Shown one piece after another: positions 51,330 to 61,316 of a stretch of 64,000 nucleotides of DNA. Source of the stretch: an uncultured Actinomycetota bacterium (GTDB lineage: Bacteria > Actinomycetota > Actinomycetes > Actinomycetales > Microbacteriaceae); the NCBI GenBank assembly GCA_963695125.1, contig CAVOFY010000006.1, forward strand, positions 2,978 through 66,977, in the 5' to 3' direction. Every line of letters begins with the position of its first letter. The stretch's first letter is position 1. Under the pieces are notes generated by a model. The model saw nothing but the letters and a program-made list of their open reading frames with translations, was not told the DNA's origin and did no database searches. A program made the position numbers and the translations under genes.

Positions 51330-52128
51330 TCATGCCACCAATGTCTCGATCTCGTCGGGCGACGGGATGCGGTCGAAATACGGCGACGACTTCGTCGACG
51401 CCGAGCTGCTGCGCCTCATCGAGCGCGGCACGATGCTGAGCTGCGGGGACGACCCACGTGCGCCGCACGGCGCCCGCCGCATCGCCCATGACGGCGACGA
51501 GAGCCTCACCGGCGCGGACGACGTCCTCACGCCGAGGTGACCACACGAGCCAGCCCGCGGGATCGCCGCACGCGGCGATGTAGCGCTCGAGGTCCGACGC
51601 CGTCGTGGCCCGCAGGTGCGTGGTGGGCACCCGGTCGCCGACGGGCTTCGGAAGCGAGATCGCCCCGTCGAACGACACGTAGCGGCCGGCGTGGCTCGCA
51701 CGGCGCTGGGTCCACAGCTCGTGCATCGCCGCTGTCTGCTCGATGACGTGCGTGAGGTGATCCTCCGCGTCGGAGCGCAGCGGATCGATCAGCGGTGCGG
51801 GGGGCGGAGCCAGGTCGATGCCGTGCTCCACCCGCCCGCCGCTGAACCAGTCGAGCGTCGCGATCTGCTTCGCCCGCACCGGCGCGCTGTACAGCGAAGG
51901 GATGTCGCCGGAGAGCCCCACCCGCAGCCTGCTGGTCGTTGTCACGACCACGTGCAGGCCGAGGGCTGCATCGTGCGAGCGATCCGCGACGACCTCTCGG
52001 TCACCTGCCGCCCACCACGAGGCGAGCGCGCAATCCTCTGCGGCGCGCGCCGCCCTGCGGAGCGAGTCCCCGAGGGGACCGTTCCCGGCGGATCGGACAC
52101 TGCATGCGAGACCCGTCTCCGGCGACAT
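51330..52128 (-). CDS. Short, divergent LLM-fold protein (frameshift near 51380)
   Basis: TTSRLRVG, PVRAKQIATLDWFSGGR, GRYVSFD...LPKP. Confidence 0.65.
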
Positions 52129-52143
52129 CCCCGTCGGTCACTG

Positions 52144-53336
52144 TCAGTTATCCCACTCCTTGAGGGTGCCATCCTTCTGCCAGACCAGGTAGACACCGGG
52201 TCCGTCGAGGGAGGCCTGACCACCGCTGTAGGTCAGCGGACCGTACACCGAGTCCTGCTCCTTGATGGCCTCGAGCGCCTTCGCGACGTCGGCGGGGTCG
52301 GCGCTGCCGGCGTCCTTGATGCCCTGCGCGAGGAGCCACATGGCGGTGTAGCCCTGAGCGCCGTACATGTCGGGAACGGCGTCGTACTCGGCCTCGTACG
52401 CCTCGACGAACCGCACGGCGGTCTCGTTCGTGTTGAAGCCCGCGTGGAACGGCGACATGAAGATCGTGTTCGCCAGGCCGCCGCCGGACGTCGTGAACAG
52501 CGCCTCGCTGTCGACGCCGTAGCGTGGTGAGGAAGGGCTTGTCGTAGCCGCGCTCGCGCATGGACTTCGCCAGCAGCGCCGACGGCGTGCCGAGGGTTGC
52601 GCCGATGACCGCGTCGGGGTCGAGCGACTCGATCTCGGTCGCGGCCTGCGTGTAGTTCGTGTCGGCAGCCGACGTCTCGATCGTCTTGACGATGTCGACT
52701 CCGTTGCGCTCGAGCGCGGCGGCCCACACCTTCGAGTCGCCGACCATGCCGTCGTTGTCGGCCGTCACGACGATGACGGCCGTCTTGATGCCCTCACCGG
52801 GGACGACGGTGTCGACGAACTGGTCGTACATGCCACCCTCCTGCGCGGGCAGGATGACCGGGCGGTAGATGTACGGCGGGTCGGCGAGACCTGCGAGGAT
52901 CGCCGAGGTGACGATCGCGGGCGTCTTCTTGCTCCGTGATGACGGGCGCGAGCGCGCCGGCCTCGGACGAGAGTCCGCAGCACAGGATGCCGGACGCGCC
53001 GTCGGCGGCGTACTGGTTGAACAGCGCGATGGCCTGAGCCGGGTCGCCCTTGATGTCGTCGATCTTGAGGTCGATGGTCGACCCCTCGCCGAGGTATCCG
53101 CTCTCGTTGATCTCCTTGACGGCGAGCTTGGCGCCGTCGGCGATGGGCACGCCTGCGAACGCAGCGGGGCCGGACAGGAGCGCGGGGAAGCCCACGACGT
53201 ACGTGACGGCCTCTTCACCTCCTTCGCCGGAGGAGTCGCCGGACGCACATCCGGCGAGTCCGAACAGTGAGGCGGCGGTGATGACGGCGATGGCAGCGCG
53301 CGCCCGCACGTGGCGGGTCTTTGCGGTCTGAGACAT
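52144..53336 (-). CDS. LivJ-type ABC substrate-binding lipoprotein (frameshifts near 52525 and 52930)
   Basis: Lipobox LAGC, LSGPAAFAG, LAVKEIN, PDMYGAQGYTA. Confidence 0.85.
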
Positions 53337-53375
53337 CTTTGTCCCTTCTTCGGGGTTGGCAGCTTGGACTTGTGA

Positions 53376-53389
53376 AGCAAGCACTTGAT
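53376..53389. promoter_or_regulatory. KstR2-type operator 3
   Basis: AGCAAGCACTTGAT about 40 bp upstream of the binding-protein start. Confidence 0.8.
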
Positions 53390-53428
53390 TTTGACACATC
53401 GCGATGGTGTCGCGCAATGTTTTCGAGA

Positions 53429-53461
53429 GACCCCCGTGCGCGGTGCCCGCGCACGGGGGTC
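53429..53461 (-). terminator. 15-bp perfect stem-loop between the two binding-protein genes
   Basis: GACCCCCGTGCGCGG-TGC-CCGCGCACGGGGGTC. Confidence 0.7.
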
Positions 53462-53465
53462 GAGA

Positions 53466-54656
53466 TCACTCGCCGAGGAGCGAAAGCGCGCCTCCTGCGC
53501 CCCAGACGAGGTGCAGGGCCGGTTCCTTGACCGACGCCTGACCGCCCGAGTAGACGATCGTGCCGTAGACGCTCTCCTGCTCCGCGATGGCGGAGAGCGC
53601 CTCGCCGACGGCTTCGGGATCGCCGGTGCCCGCATCGCGCAGCGCTGTCGCCAGCAGCCACGTGGCCGTGTAGCCCTGGGCGGCGAACATGTCGGGAGCC
53701 GCGTCGTAGGCCGCTTCGTACGCGGCGGCGAACGCGGAGCCGAGCTCATTCACGGGGTACTGGGCCTGATACGGGGTCGGGAAGATCGTGCCTTCCATCG
53801 CGCCGGCCGACGCGTCGTAGGCCGCCCTGCTGTCGGCGCCGACGTTGGAGACGATCGGCTTGTCGTAGCCGAGTTCGCGCAGGGCTTTCGCGAGGTTCGC
53901 CGTCGACGATCCGATCGTGCTGGCGACCACGACGTCGGGGTCGAGGTCGATGATCTGCGTCGCGGGGCCGATGTACGAGGTCTCCACGACAGGGACCTCG
54001 AGGGTGTGCAGCAGTTCGACGTCATTACGGTCGAGGCCGGCGGCGTAGATCTTCGAGTCCTGCACCATGGCGTCGTTGTCGTTGTTCACGACCATGACAG
54101 CCGACGAATACTCGCCCGGGCCGAACACGGCGTCGAGGAACTCGTCGTACGTGCCGCCAGGCGCCGAAGGCACCTCGAACGGGCGGAAGAGATGAGGCGG
54201 ATCGGCCAGGCCGTCGAGGATCGACACCGTCACGACGCCGGGAACCGTGCCCGCGGTGAGCAGCGGCAGAAGCGCTCCCGCCTCGCCTCCGAGCGTGCAG
54301 CACAGCACGCCAGACGCACCGGAGGCCTCGGCCTCCTTGTAGCCGGCGATCGCCTTGGCGGGGTCTCCCGCGGTATCCGTGAAGTCGACCTGGAGCGTGC
54401 TGCCTTCGCCGAGGAAGCCTGACTCGTTGATCTCGGCCACCGCGAGCTCGATGCCCTGCGTGACCGGGATGCCCGCGAAGGCCCCCGGCCCGGACTGCAC
54501 GAGTGGGGCGGCGATCGTGTAGGCGACGGCTTCACCGTCCGTGTCCGCTGCCGGCTCCCCTGCGCAGCCTGCGAGCCCGAGCGCTGCGACGGCGACCGCC
54601 GCGACGATCCCTGCGCGACGCCGCGAGGTCACGGCATCCCTCTTCCGAGCTGTCAT
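53466..54656 (-). CDS. LivJ-type ABC substrate-binding lipoprotein (paralog)
   Basis: Lipobox LAGC, SGPGAFAG, LAVAEINESG, PDMFAAQGYTA. Confidence 0.88.
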   Translation of the reverse strand: MTARKRDAVTSRRRAGIVAAVAVAALGLAGCAGEPAADTDGEAVAYTIAAPLVQSGPGAFAGIPVTQGIELAVAEINESGFLGEGSTLQVDFTDTAGDPAKAIAGYKEAEASGASGVLCCTLGGEAGALLPLLTAGTVPGVVTVSILDGLADPPHLFRPFEVPSAPGGTYDEFLDAVFGPGEYSSAVMVVNNDNDAMVQDSKIYAAGLDRNDVELLHTLEVPVVETSYIGPATQIIDLDPDVVVASTIGSSTANLAKALRELGYDKPIVSNVGADSRAAYDASAGAMEGTIFPTPYQAQYPVNELGSAFAAAYEAAYDAAPDMFAAQGYTATWLLATALRDAGTGDPEAVGEALSAIAEQESVYGTIVYSGGQASVKEPALHLVWGAGGALSLLGE

Positions 54657-54660
54657 CGTC

Positions 54661-55536
54661 TCACCTTTCCTCTCCGTCGACCGGCGTCGTCGCCGGCGTG
54701 AGCCCTGCACGGCCGCGATCGATCACGATCTCGCCGCCCTCGGCGAGGACCTGGAAGTCCGCGCCGTCGGTGTCTCTCCAGATCCGCAGGCTCAGCCGGT
54801 CCCCGGGCAGCACGGGTCGCGCGAAGCGCCCCGACATGGTGCGGAACGACGACACGTCGCCCTCGCAGAGCGCGTTGACGAGCAGTCGCGCGGCGAAGCC
54901 GTATGTGCACATGCCGTGCAGGATCGGCTGCGGGAAGCCGCCGCGCGCAGCGAAGGAGGGATCGGAGTGCAGCGGGTTGCGGTCACCCGTCAGCCGGTAC
55001 AGGAGCGCCTGGTCGGGACGCGTCGCGAATGCCACCTCGATGTCGGGCGACCTGTCCGGCGCGGTCCACTTCGGGCTGGGACCGCGCTCGCCGCCGAAAC
55101 CGCCGGCGCCGCCGAGGAACGCGCCCGTGCGACTGCGGGCGAGGAGGGCACCGGAGTCGGGGTCGCGCAGCTCGGTCTCGGTCCACAGCATCGCGTGCGG
55201 GTCCTTGTCCCACATCTCGGTGATCGTCATCGTGACGACGGCACTGCCCTCTGCGGGCAGGGGTGCCGCAAGCTCGAACGACTGCTCGGCGTGCACGGCG
55301 CGCGTCGGGTCGTAGGTGCCGACCTCCGGCATCCCCACGAAGCCGAGCACGACGGCGAAGCTCGGGATGACCTGCTGCGAGATGCCCTCGCTGTTCTCGG
55401 TCGTGAAGGCCAGCTCGGCGGAGGGGTCCTCCTGCCCGGCGCCGACCGCGAGCGCGTAGAGGAGCGACTCCTTCGTCGTCCACGTGACCGTCTCTGGCTC
55501 CGAGGTGTAGCCGAGGCGTGAAAGGTCGAGGGTCAT
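54661..55536 (-). CDS. Double-hotdog (R)-enoyl-CoA hydratase 2
   Basis: LYALAVGA, VHAEQ, YRLTGDRNPLHSDP, ILHGMCT. Confidence 0.9.
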   Translation of the reverse strand: MTLDLSRLGYTSEPETVTWTTKESLLYALAVGAGQEDPSAELAFTTENSEGISQQVIPSFAVVLGFVGMPEVGTYDPTRAVHAEQSFELAAPLPAEGSAVVTMTITEMWDKDPHAMLWTETELRDPDSGALLARSRTGAFLGGAGGFGGERGPSPKWTAPDRSPDIEVAFATRPDQALLYRLTGDRNPLHSDPSFAARGGFPQPILHGMCTYGFAARLLVNALCEGDVSSFRTMSGRFARPVLPGDRLSLRIWRDTDGADFQVLAEGGEIVIDRGRAGLTPATTPVDGEER

Positions 55537-55581
55537 GTCTGCTCCGTTGCTGGATCGGTGTGCGCGGTGGGCGCGTGAAGG

Positions 55582-56670
55582 TCAGAAGCCGCTCGCCTCC
55601 GCGACGAGCTCGCGGTGGCGAGCCGGCGTGCCGTAGAGCGCGCGCCCGGCGACGACGCGGCGGAAGTGGTGCGAGATCTCGTGCTCCCACGTGAAGCCGA
55701 TCCCGCCGTGCACCTGGACGGACTCGCGCAGCACCTGCATCGCAGCATCCCCCGCCCGGACCTTCGCCGCCGACGCCGCGAATCGCCAGTCCGACTCCTC
55801 GGAGGCCGACAGCGATCGCTGCGACCACGGCGCTGTACGCGGTCTGAAGTTCGCCGTACATGTCGACGAGCTTGTGCTTGATGCTCTGGAACGAGGCGAC
55901 GGGCCGGCCGAACTGCTCGCGGACGAGCGAATAGTCGCGGGCGAGCGAGAAGGACCGCGTCGCCGCGGCGAGCAGGTCGACGCTCGTGAGCAGAGCTCCG
56001 ACGAGCCAGGCATCGCGCACGGCGTCCGTCGCGTCCTGATCATCCGAGACGACCAGCGCCTCGGCCCCCGCGAACTCGATCGTCGCGAGGCCGCGGCCGG
56101 GGTCGACGGAGTCCATCGCCGTGCGGGTCACGCCCTCGGCGTCGGCATCGACGCGGGCGATGACGATCCTGCCCTGCTCGTCCCGCGCGGGGACGAGCAG
56201 GACATCGGCGTGCATCCCGCTCTCGACGAACGTCTTGCGACCGTCCACGCGGCGCGACGCCGTCGACGACCGCGAGCCGCGCGGACACCGCGAGGGACTC
56301 CCCGCGGGGGTCTTCGTGCAGCGTGGCGACGACCACCGCGCCCTCTTCGGCGATCGCGCTGCTGCAGTCCTGCCGAGTCGCTTCCGTCGACCGAGCGCAA
56401 CAGCGACACGGCGACTCCCGCCGTGGCGACGAGAGGCCCTGACCACCCGCACCGGCCGGTCTCGGCGACGGCGGCGGCGAGTTCGAGCATCGTCGCACCC
56501 TGACCGCCGTGATCCTCATCGATCAGCAGGCTCGCGGCGCCGACCTCGGCGACGAGCGCGTCCCACAGCGGGACGCCGGGGGATGCGGCCCGGCTCACGT
56601 CCCACGGGCTGCGATCGTCCATGAACCGCGCGAAGATCGGGCTCACATCGGGGCTGATCGGCTGGAACAT
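55582..56670 (-). CDS. Acyl-CoA dehydrogenase, beta-type subunit (several frameshifts)
   Basis: EDHGGQG, REQFGRPVASFQSIKH, VQVHGGIGFTWEH across frames. Confidence 0.78.
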
Positions 56671-56691
56671 GATCGATACTCCCATCATTGA

Positions 56692-56705
56692 AACAAGCGC
56701 TTGCT
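56692..56705. promoter_or_regulatory. KstR2-type operator 4
   Basis: AACAAGCGCTTGCT about 20 bp upstream of the ATG at 56670. Confidence 0.8.
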
Positions 56706-56746
56706 TATCGATTGACCGCAGAAGATGCCTTCTCCGACCCCGGGTT

Positions 56747-57364
56747 TCACTTCGGGGCGCGGACGCCGTCGAGGAAGATGGCGGTCTGGATCGCGATGAC
56801 CTGGTCGATGCTGACCCTTCCGCGGGGATCGAACCAGCGGATGACGGCCTGGACCGCACCGAGGATCGTGCGGTACACCATGCGGGCGTCGATGTCGTCT
56901 CGGAGCTCGCCACTGTCGATGCCGTCCTGGATCGTCTGCAGCCAGATCTTCTCGATCTTCGCCTGCGATTCGGCGATCCCTGCCATCTGCACGACGTACT
57001 GCCAGTCGTTCTGCAGGATCATGAGGTGCTCGCGGTGCGTCACGGTGCTGCGCAGCGCCTCCGCGAGCAGCCGCTCGATGCGCTCGACGGGATTCTCGGC
57101 ACCTTCCAGCGCGCGCTCGTACGCCCGGATCTGCATCTCGAAGTACTCGCCGAGCACCTGTTCGGCGATCGACTCCTTCGAGTCGAAGTAGTAGTAGAGG
57201 CTGCCCGAGAGCATGTCGGCCTCGTCCGCGACGTCGCGGACGGTCGCCACCGAGAACCCGTTCTCTGCGAAGACCTTCGCCGCAGCCCGGATGATGACCT
57301 CCTTGCGCGCGACACCCGCCGGCGATCCGGCGGAACGGCGTCGTGTCGTCGTCACAGTGTTCAT
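56747..57364 (-). CDS. TetR-family repressor, KstR2-like
   Basis: HTH ATVRDVADEADMLSGSLYYYFDSKE resembles KstR2 (TTVRDIAD.AGILSGSLYHHF.SKE, from memory); C-terminal RWF.P.G. Confidence 0.88.
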   Translation of the reverse strand: MNTVTTTRRRSAGSPAGVARKEVIIRAAAKVFAENGFSVATVRDVADEADMLSGSLYYYFDSKESIAEQVLGEYFEMQIRAYERALEGAENPVERIERLLAEALRSTVTHREHLMILQNDWQYVVQMAGIAESQAKIEKIWLQTIQDGIDSGELRDDIDARMVYRTILGAVQAVIRWFDPRGRVSIDQVIAIQTAIFLDGVRAPK

Positions 57365-57440
57365 CCTCTCTCGGGGGTGACCGAGTACTCCGGAAGCCTA
57401 CCGAAACAGATGGCTCTGATCCGAGGAGATTCTTCGACGC

Positions 57441-58625
57441 TCACGCGCTCCCCGAGACGATCGTGACCGCACTGACGAGGTCCCCCGGGCTTCCGCCCTG
57501 ATTCTGGATCAGGCCGTACTGCAGATCGCGGACCTGGCGCTCGCCCGCTTCGCCGCGGAACTGCAGCCACATCTCGTACATCATGCGCAGCCCGCTCGCG
57601 CCGACCGGGTGCCCGAAGCTCTTGAGTCCGCCGTCGACGTTGACCGGCAGCGCGCCGTCGCGGTCGTAGCGGCCCGCCAGCACATCCTGCCAGGCCTGCC
57701 CGCGCTGCGAGAAGCCCAGCTCCTCCATCAGCACGAGTTCGGTGGGCGTGAAGCAGTCGTGCACTTCGGCGAGCGAGATCTGCGACGCGGGATCGGTGAT
57801 TCCCGCCTGGGCATATGCCTGCTGGGCAGAGACCGCCGCCTCCGAGAGGTCGGAGTAGTCGTAGTCGCTGTCGAAGCGTCCCGTGCCGGATCCCGCATCG
57901 AGCGCGAGTGCGTGGATGAACAGCGGGCGGTCCGTGTACTTGTAGGCGTCTTCGGCGCGCACGATGACGGCGGCGGCAGCACCGTCGGCGACTCCCGAGC
58001 AGTCGAAGACGCTCAGGTTGCCGGCTAGCGAGGGTGCGGCGGCGATCGTCTCCTTCGAGACGGCCTTGCGGAACTGGGCCCGCGAGTTGAGAGCGCCGTT
58101 TCCGTGGTTCTTCCACGCGATGTGCGTCATCGCCTCCTTGATCTGCTCCTCCGAGACGCCATAGCGGCGCGCGTAGGCGGGCACGATCATCGAGTACATC
58201 GCGGGCGCGCTGAGGACGGCGGGCGTGCCGTCGTTCGGGATGCTCGGCATCTCGAGACCCGAGTACCCGGCATCCTTGAGCTTCTCGCCGCCGACCGCCA
58301 TGACGACGTCGTAGGCGCCTGACGAGACCGCGAAGCAGGCGTTGCGGAAGGTCTCGGACCCCGTCGCGCACATGTTCTCGACCCGCGTCACGGGCTTGTG
58401 CGAAATGTTGAGCGGGCGCGTCAGCGTGAGCCCCGAGACGCCGGAGATCATGGAGCCGAGCCAGAACGCGTCGACGTCCTGGACGTCGAGACCGCCGGCC
58501 GACGCGAGCGCGCCGTGCGTCGCCTCGACGAGCAGATCGTCGACGTCACGATCCCAGTGCTCGCCGAAGGCCGTGCAGGCCATTCCGACGACCGCAACCG
58601 GGTTCCTCAGAGCGTGTGCTCCCAT
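57441..58625 (-). CDS. Archaeal/SCP2-type thiolase with catalytic Cys
   Basis: RVENMCATGS, EVHDCFT, NVDGGLKSFGHPVGASG. Confidence 0.9.
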   Translation of the reverse strand: MGAHALRNPVAVVGMACTAFGEHWDRDVDDLLVEATHGALASAGGLDVQDVDAFWLGSMISGVSGLTLTRPLNISHKPVTRVENMCATGSETFRNACFAVSSGAYDVVMAVGGEKLKDAGYSGLEMPSIPNDGTPAVLSAPAMYSMIVPAYARRYGVSEEQIKEAMTHIAWKNHGNGALNSRAQFRKAVSKETIAAAPSLAGNLSVFDCSGVADGAAAAVIVRAEDAYKYTDRPLFIHALALDAGSGTGRFDSDYDYSDLSEAAVSAQQAYAQAGITDPASQISLAEVHDCFTPTELVLMEELGFSQRGQAWQDVLAGRYDRDGALPVNVDGGLKSFGHPVGASGLRMMYEMWLQFRGEAGERQVRDLQYGLIQNQGGSPGDLVSAVTIVSGSA

Positions 58626-60010
58626 CAGTCCTTCTCCTCGTCGTCGGGGCGAACCTTCCACACATAGTTGCGCACGCCGTTGCCGGCGACGCTCGCGAGC
58701 CGGAACGTCGGCCGCACGCGGTCGCCGATCTCGAAACCGCGGCCCACCGCATCCGTCATCTCGAACTCGAAGCGCCCTCCGCCATCGAAGTCCACGGCAA
58801 CCACCTTCGCGGGCAGCTGGATGGATTCCGACAGCCAGTCGTCGGTGAAGGTCGCGACGCGGCCCGGGATGTCGACCATCGAGACGGGGCGCGACGAGTC
58901 GGTGGCCGAGCACTTCAGGCACACGCGGCGCGGCGGCATGTTGCGGTAGCCGCACTCGGTGCACTCGCCCGCGGCGAACGCGAACTTCCAGCTCGCATTG
59001 CGGCGCGAGGCGGGAGGAACGGGCGGTCGCACATCCGGACGGCGGGCGGGTTCGCGCGGCAGCAGACCGCGCCAGTTGAGGTAGTCGCCGTAGCGGACGG
59101 GGTAGCCGGCGCCCAGGGCGGTGGCGAGGCCACTCCCCTCGCGGCCGGCGTGGGCATCCGTGACGCGGAAGACGAAGGCATCCGCGCCGTCCGCGCCCGC
59201 GAGCACGAGGACGTTCTGACCGGGTGTTGCGGCATCCAGCGCAGCGGCGAGCCGGAGCGCGAAGTCGGCGGCGCCGGCGTACCCGAGCCCTTCGACGTCG
59301 GCGGCGGCGAGCTGCTCGGGGCGGAACCCGCGGCGGACGGCGGCAGCGGCGCGCGCGTGCGGGACGCTGACGACGGCGTGATCGATCTGATCCCGCGTCA
59401 GGCCGCTGCGCTCGAGCACATCGGCGAGCGCCCGATCCATGAGCGGGACGTATTCCTCGACGCCGAAGCGGTCCTCCCACGTGCGCGTGCGGACGGCGCC
59501 CGGTTCACGCCAACGGTCGAGGAACTCGCTGGTGACGGACGCTACCGCGACCAGTTCGGCGATCGCGTCGTCCCCGATGACGACCGCGGCTGCGCCGTCT
59601 GCGCCGCCGAGCTCATCGGTCGAGCCGGGCATTCCGTATCTCATATCGCTGAACGCGACCACGGCCGAACCCGCCGAGAGACCCGCGCGCAGTGCACCCG
59701 CGGCTCCACGCAGCGCGCCGCCGACGTCGTATGCGGCGACCTCCGACGGCAGGCCCGCGGCGACGGCGACGGTTGCCGCGTTCGACTTCTCGAGATAGGC
59801 CGGCCTGCTCGTCGCGAACCACAGACTCTCGACGGATGTCACGTCGTTGAGAGCGGGACGGACGGCTTCGACAGCCATCGTTGTAGTGTCCTCGTCATAC
59901 GAGGCGATGGACCGGATGCCGCGCGATCGCGTGCCCAGCACGCCCGCGGCTTCAGCCAGATCCAGCCTGGGAGCAGGCAAATAGGCACTGTAGGTCACGA
60001 TGCCGACCAC
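58625..60010 (-). CDS. HMG-CoA-synthase-fold plus DUF35 OB-fold fusion protein
   Basis: GIVTYSAYLP, DEDTTTMAVEA, GADGAAA; no Cys at the nucleophile position (GGALRG); C-terminal CTEC...CLKC and RNYVWK. Confidence 0.85.
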   Translation of the reverse strand: MVGIVTYSAYLPAPRLDLAEAAGVLGTRSRGIRSIASYDEDTTTMAVEAVRPALNDVTSVESLWFATSRPAYLEKSNAATVAVAAGLPSEVAAYDVGGALRGAAGALRAGLSAGSAVVAFSDMRYGMPGSTDELGGADGAAAVVIGDDAIAELVAVASVTSEFLDRWREPGAVRTRTWEDRFGVEEYVPLMDRALADVLERSGLTRDQIDHAVVSVPHARAAAAVRRGFRPEQLAAADVEGLGYAGAADFALRLAAALDAATPGQNVLVLAGADGADAFVFRVTDAHAGREGSGLATALGAGYPVRYGDYLNWRGLLPREPARRPDVRPPVPPASRRNASWKFAFAAGECTECGYRNMPPRRVCLKCSATDSSRPVSMVDIPGRVATFTDDWLSESIQLPAKVVAVDFDGGGRFEFEMTDAVGRGFEIGDRVRPTFRLASVAGNGVRNYVWKVRPDDEEKD

Positions 60011-60041
60011 GGCATGTCCTCTCGCCGATGAGATGGTTTGA

Positions 60042-60055
60042 ATCAAGCACTTGCT
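60042..60055. promoter_or_regulatory. KstR2-type operator 5
   Basis: ATCAAGCACTTGCT between TTGAAT (60038) and an extended -10 TGcTAGCAT (60057-60065) in a divergent gap. Confidence 0.8.
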
Positions 60056-60122
60056 TTGCTAGCATACGAACCAGTCACCGCCGACGCAACCGATGTCGGA
60101 ACGGGCCGGCCGAGGGAGGACG

Positions 60123-61316
60123 ATGACGAGCGTGAGCGAAGCCGATTTCCGAGCCGAGGTCGTCGAGGCGCTCGACTCCTTCACCACCCGGCGAGACCCG
60201 AGTGTCACAGAGACGGGGCTCGGCGACGATCGGGTCTCGCTCGTGGCGGAGCGCTCAGAGGGTGAAGCGGAGGAGCTCGCCGAGCTCAAGCGCTACCGGG
60301 CGCACCTCGCCGAGCGCGGACTCGCATGGGTCGACGGACCCGAGGCCTACGGCGGGCGGGCGCTTCCCACCCGGTTCGGTGCGCTGCTGCGCGAGATCGA
60401 AGCCGAGTACGTCCTCCCCGACGACGGCTACCTGCGCTTCAGCGCCTCGACGCTCTGCCCGACGCTGCTCGAGCACGGCACCGAGGCGCAGAAGGCCGAC
60501 CTCCTCCCCCGCCTGCGCTCGGCAGACCTCATCGCGTGCCAGCTCTACAGCGAGCCCGGCGCCGGATCCGACCTGGCCGGTCTCTCGACGCGCGCGGAGC
60601 GCGTCGAAGGAGGCTGGAGGATCAACGGCCAGAAGGTGTGGAGCTCCGGCGCCCACTTCAGCGACCTGGGCCTGTGCATCGCGCGGACCGATCCTGCCAA
60701 GCCCAAGCACGCGGGCCTGTCGACCTTCCTCGTCGACATGCGCTCCCCCGGTGTCGAGGTGCGTCCCATCCGACAGCTGACGGGCGGCGCATCCTTCGAC
60801 GAGGTGTTCCTCACCGATGTCTTCGTGCCGGACGCGCAGCGCGTGGGTGACGTCGACGGGGGATGGTCGGTTGTCGTGACGTCGCTCCTCAACGAGCGCT
60901 CCGCGATCGGACGCGAGGTCGGCGTGGACGACGCCCTGGTCGACAAGCTCGTAGACCTCGCGCGGCGTACGCAGAACCCTCCCGACGCACGCAGCCGTGA
61001 CGCGGTCGCCGACGTCGTCGTGCGGGCGTGGGCGCAGCGCCTCACCACCGACCGGCTGCTCGGCGACGACGGCGTCCCCGGTCCTGAGCTCGCGCTCACG
61101 AAGCTTCTGACCACCGACCTGCTCAAGGACATCAGCGACATCGCGGCCGACATGCTGGGCGCCGCCCACGTCGCCGACACGGGCGAATGGGGCACGTACG
61201 CGTGGTCCGAGCTCACCCTCGGCCTCGCGGGACTCCGCGTCGGCGGAGGAACCGACGAGATCCTGAAGAACGCCATCGGCGAGCGGGTCCTGCACCTACC
61301 GAAGGACGCACGATGA
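60123..61316 (+). CDS. Acyl-CoA dehydrogenase
   Basis: CQLYSEPGAGSDLAGL, GQKVWSSGAH, LLNER, GGGTDEILKN. Confidence 0.92.
   Translation: MTSVSEADFRAEVVEALDSFTTRRDPSVTETGLGDDRVSLVAERSEGEAEELAELKRYRAHLAERGLAWVDGPEAYGGRALPTRFGALLREIEAEYVLPDDGYLRFSASTLCPTLLEHGTEAQKADLLPRLRSADLIACQLYSEPGAGSDLAGLSTRAERVEGGWRINGQKVWSSGAHFSDLGLCIARTDPAKPKHAGLSTFLVDMRSPGVEVRPIRQLTGGASFDEVFLTDVFVPDAQRVGDVDGGWSVVVTSLLNERSAIGREVGVDDALVDKLVDLARRTQNPPDARSRDAVADVVVRAWAQRLTTDRLLGDDGVPGPELALTKLLTTDLLKDISDIAADMLGAAHVADTGEWGTYAWSELTLGLAGLRVGGGTDEILKNAIGERVLHLPKDAR

Noticed and set aside
53393-53411. Palindrome GACAC-ATCGCGATG-GTGTC next to operator 3
   Set aside because: Single short occurrence that could arise by chance in GC-rich DNA.
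42312-60010. Mevalonate pathway or secondary-metabolite biosynthetic cluster
   Set aside because: The HMGS fold lacks its catalytic Cys; there is no HMG-CoA reductase, ACP, PKS or NRPS; the gene set and uptake proteins look catabolic.
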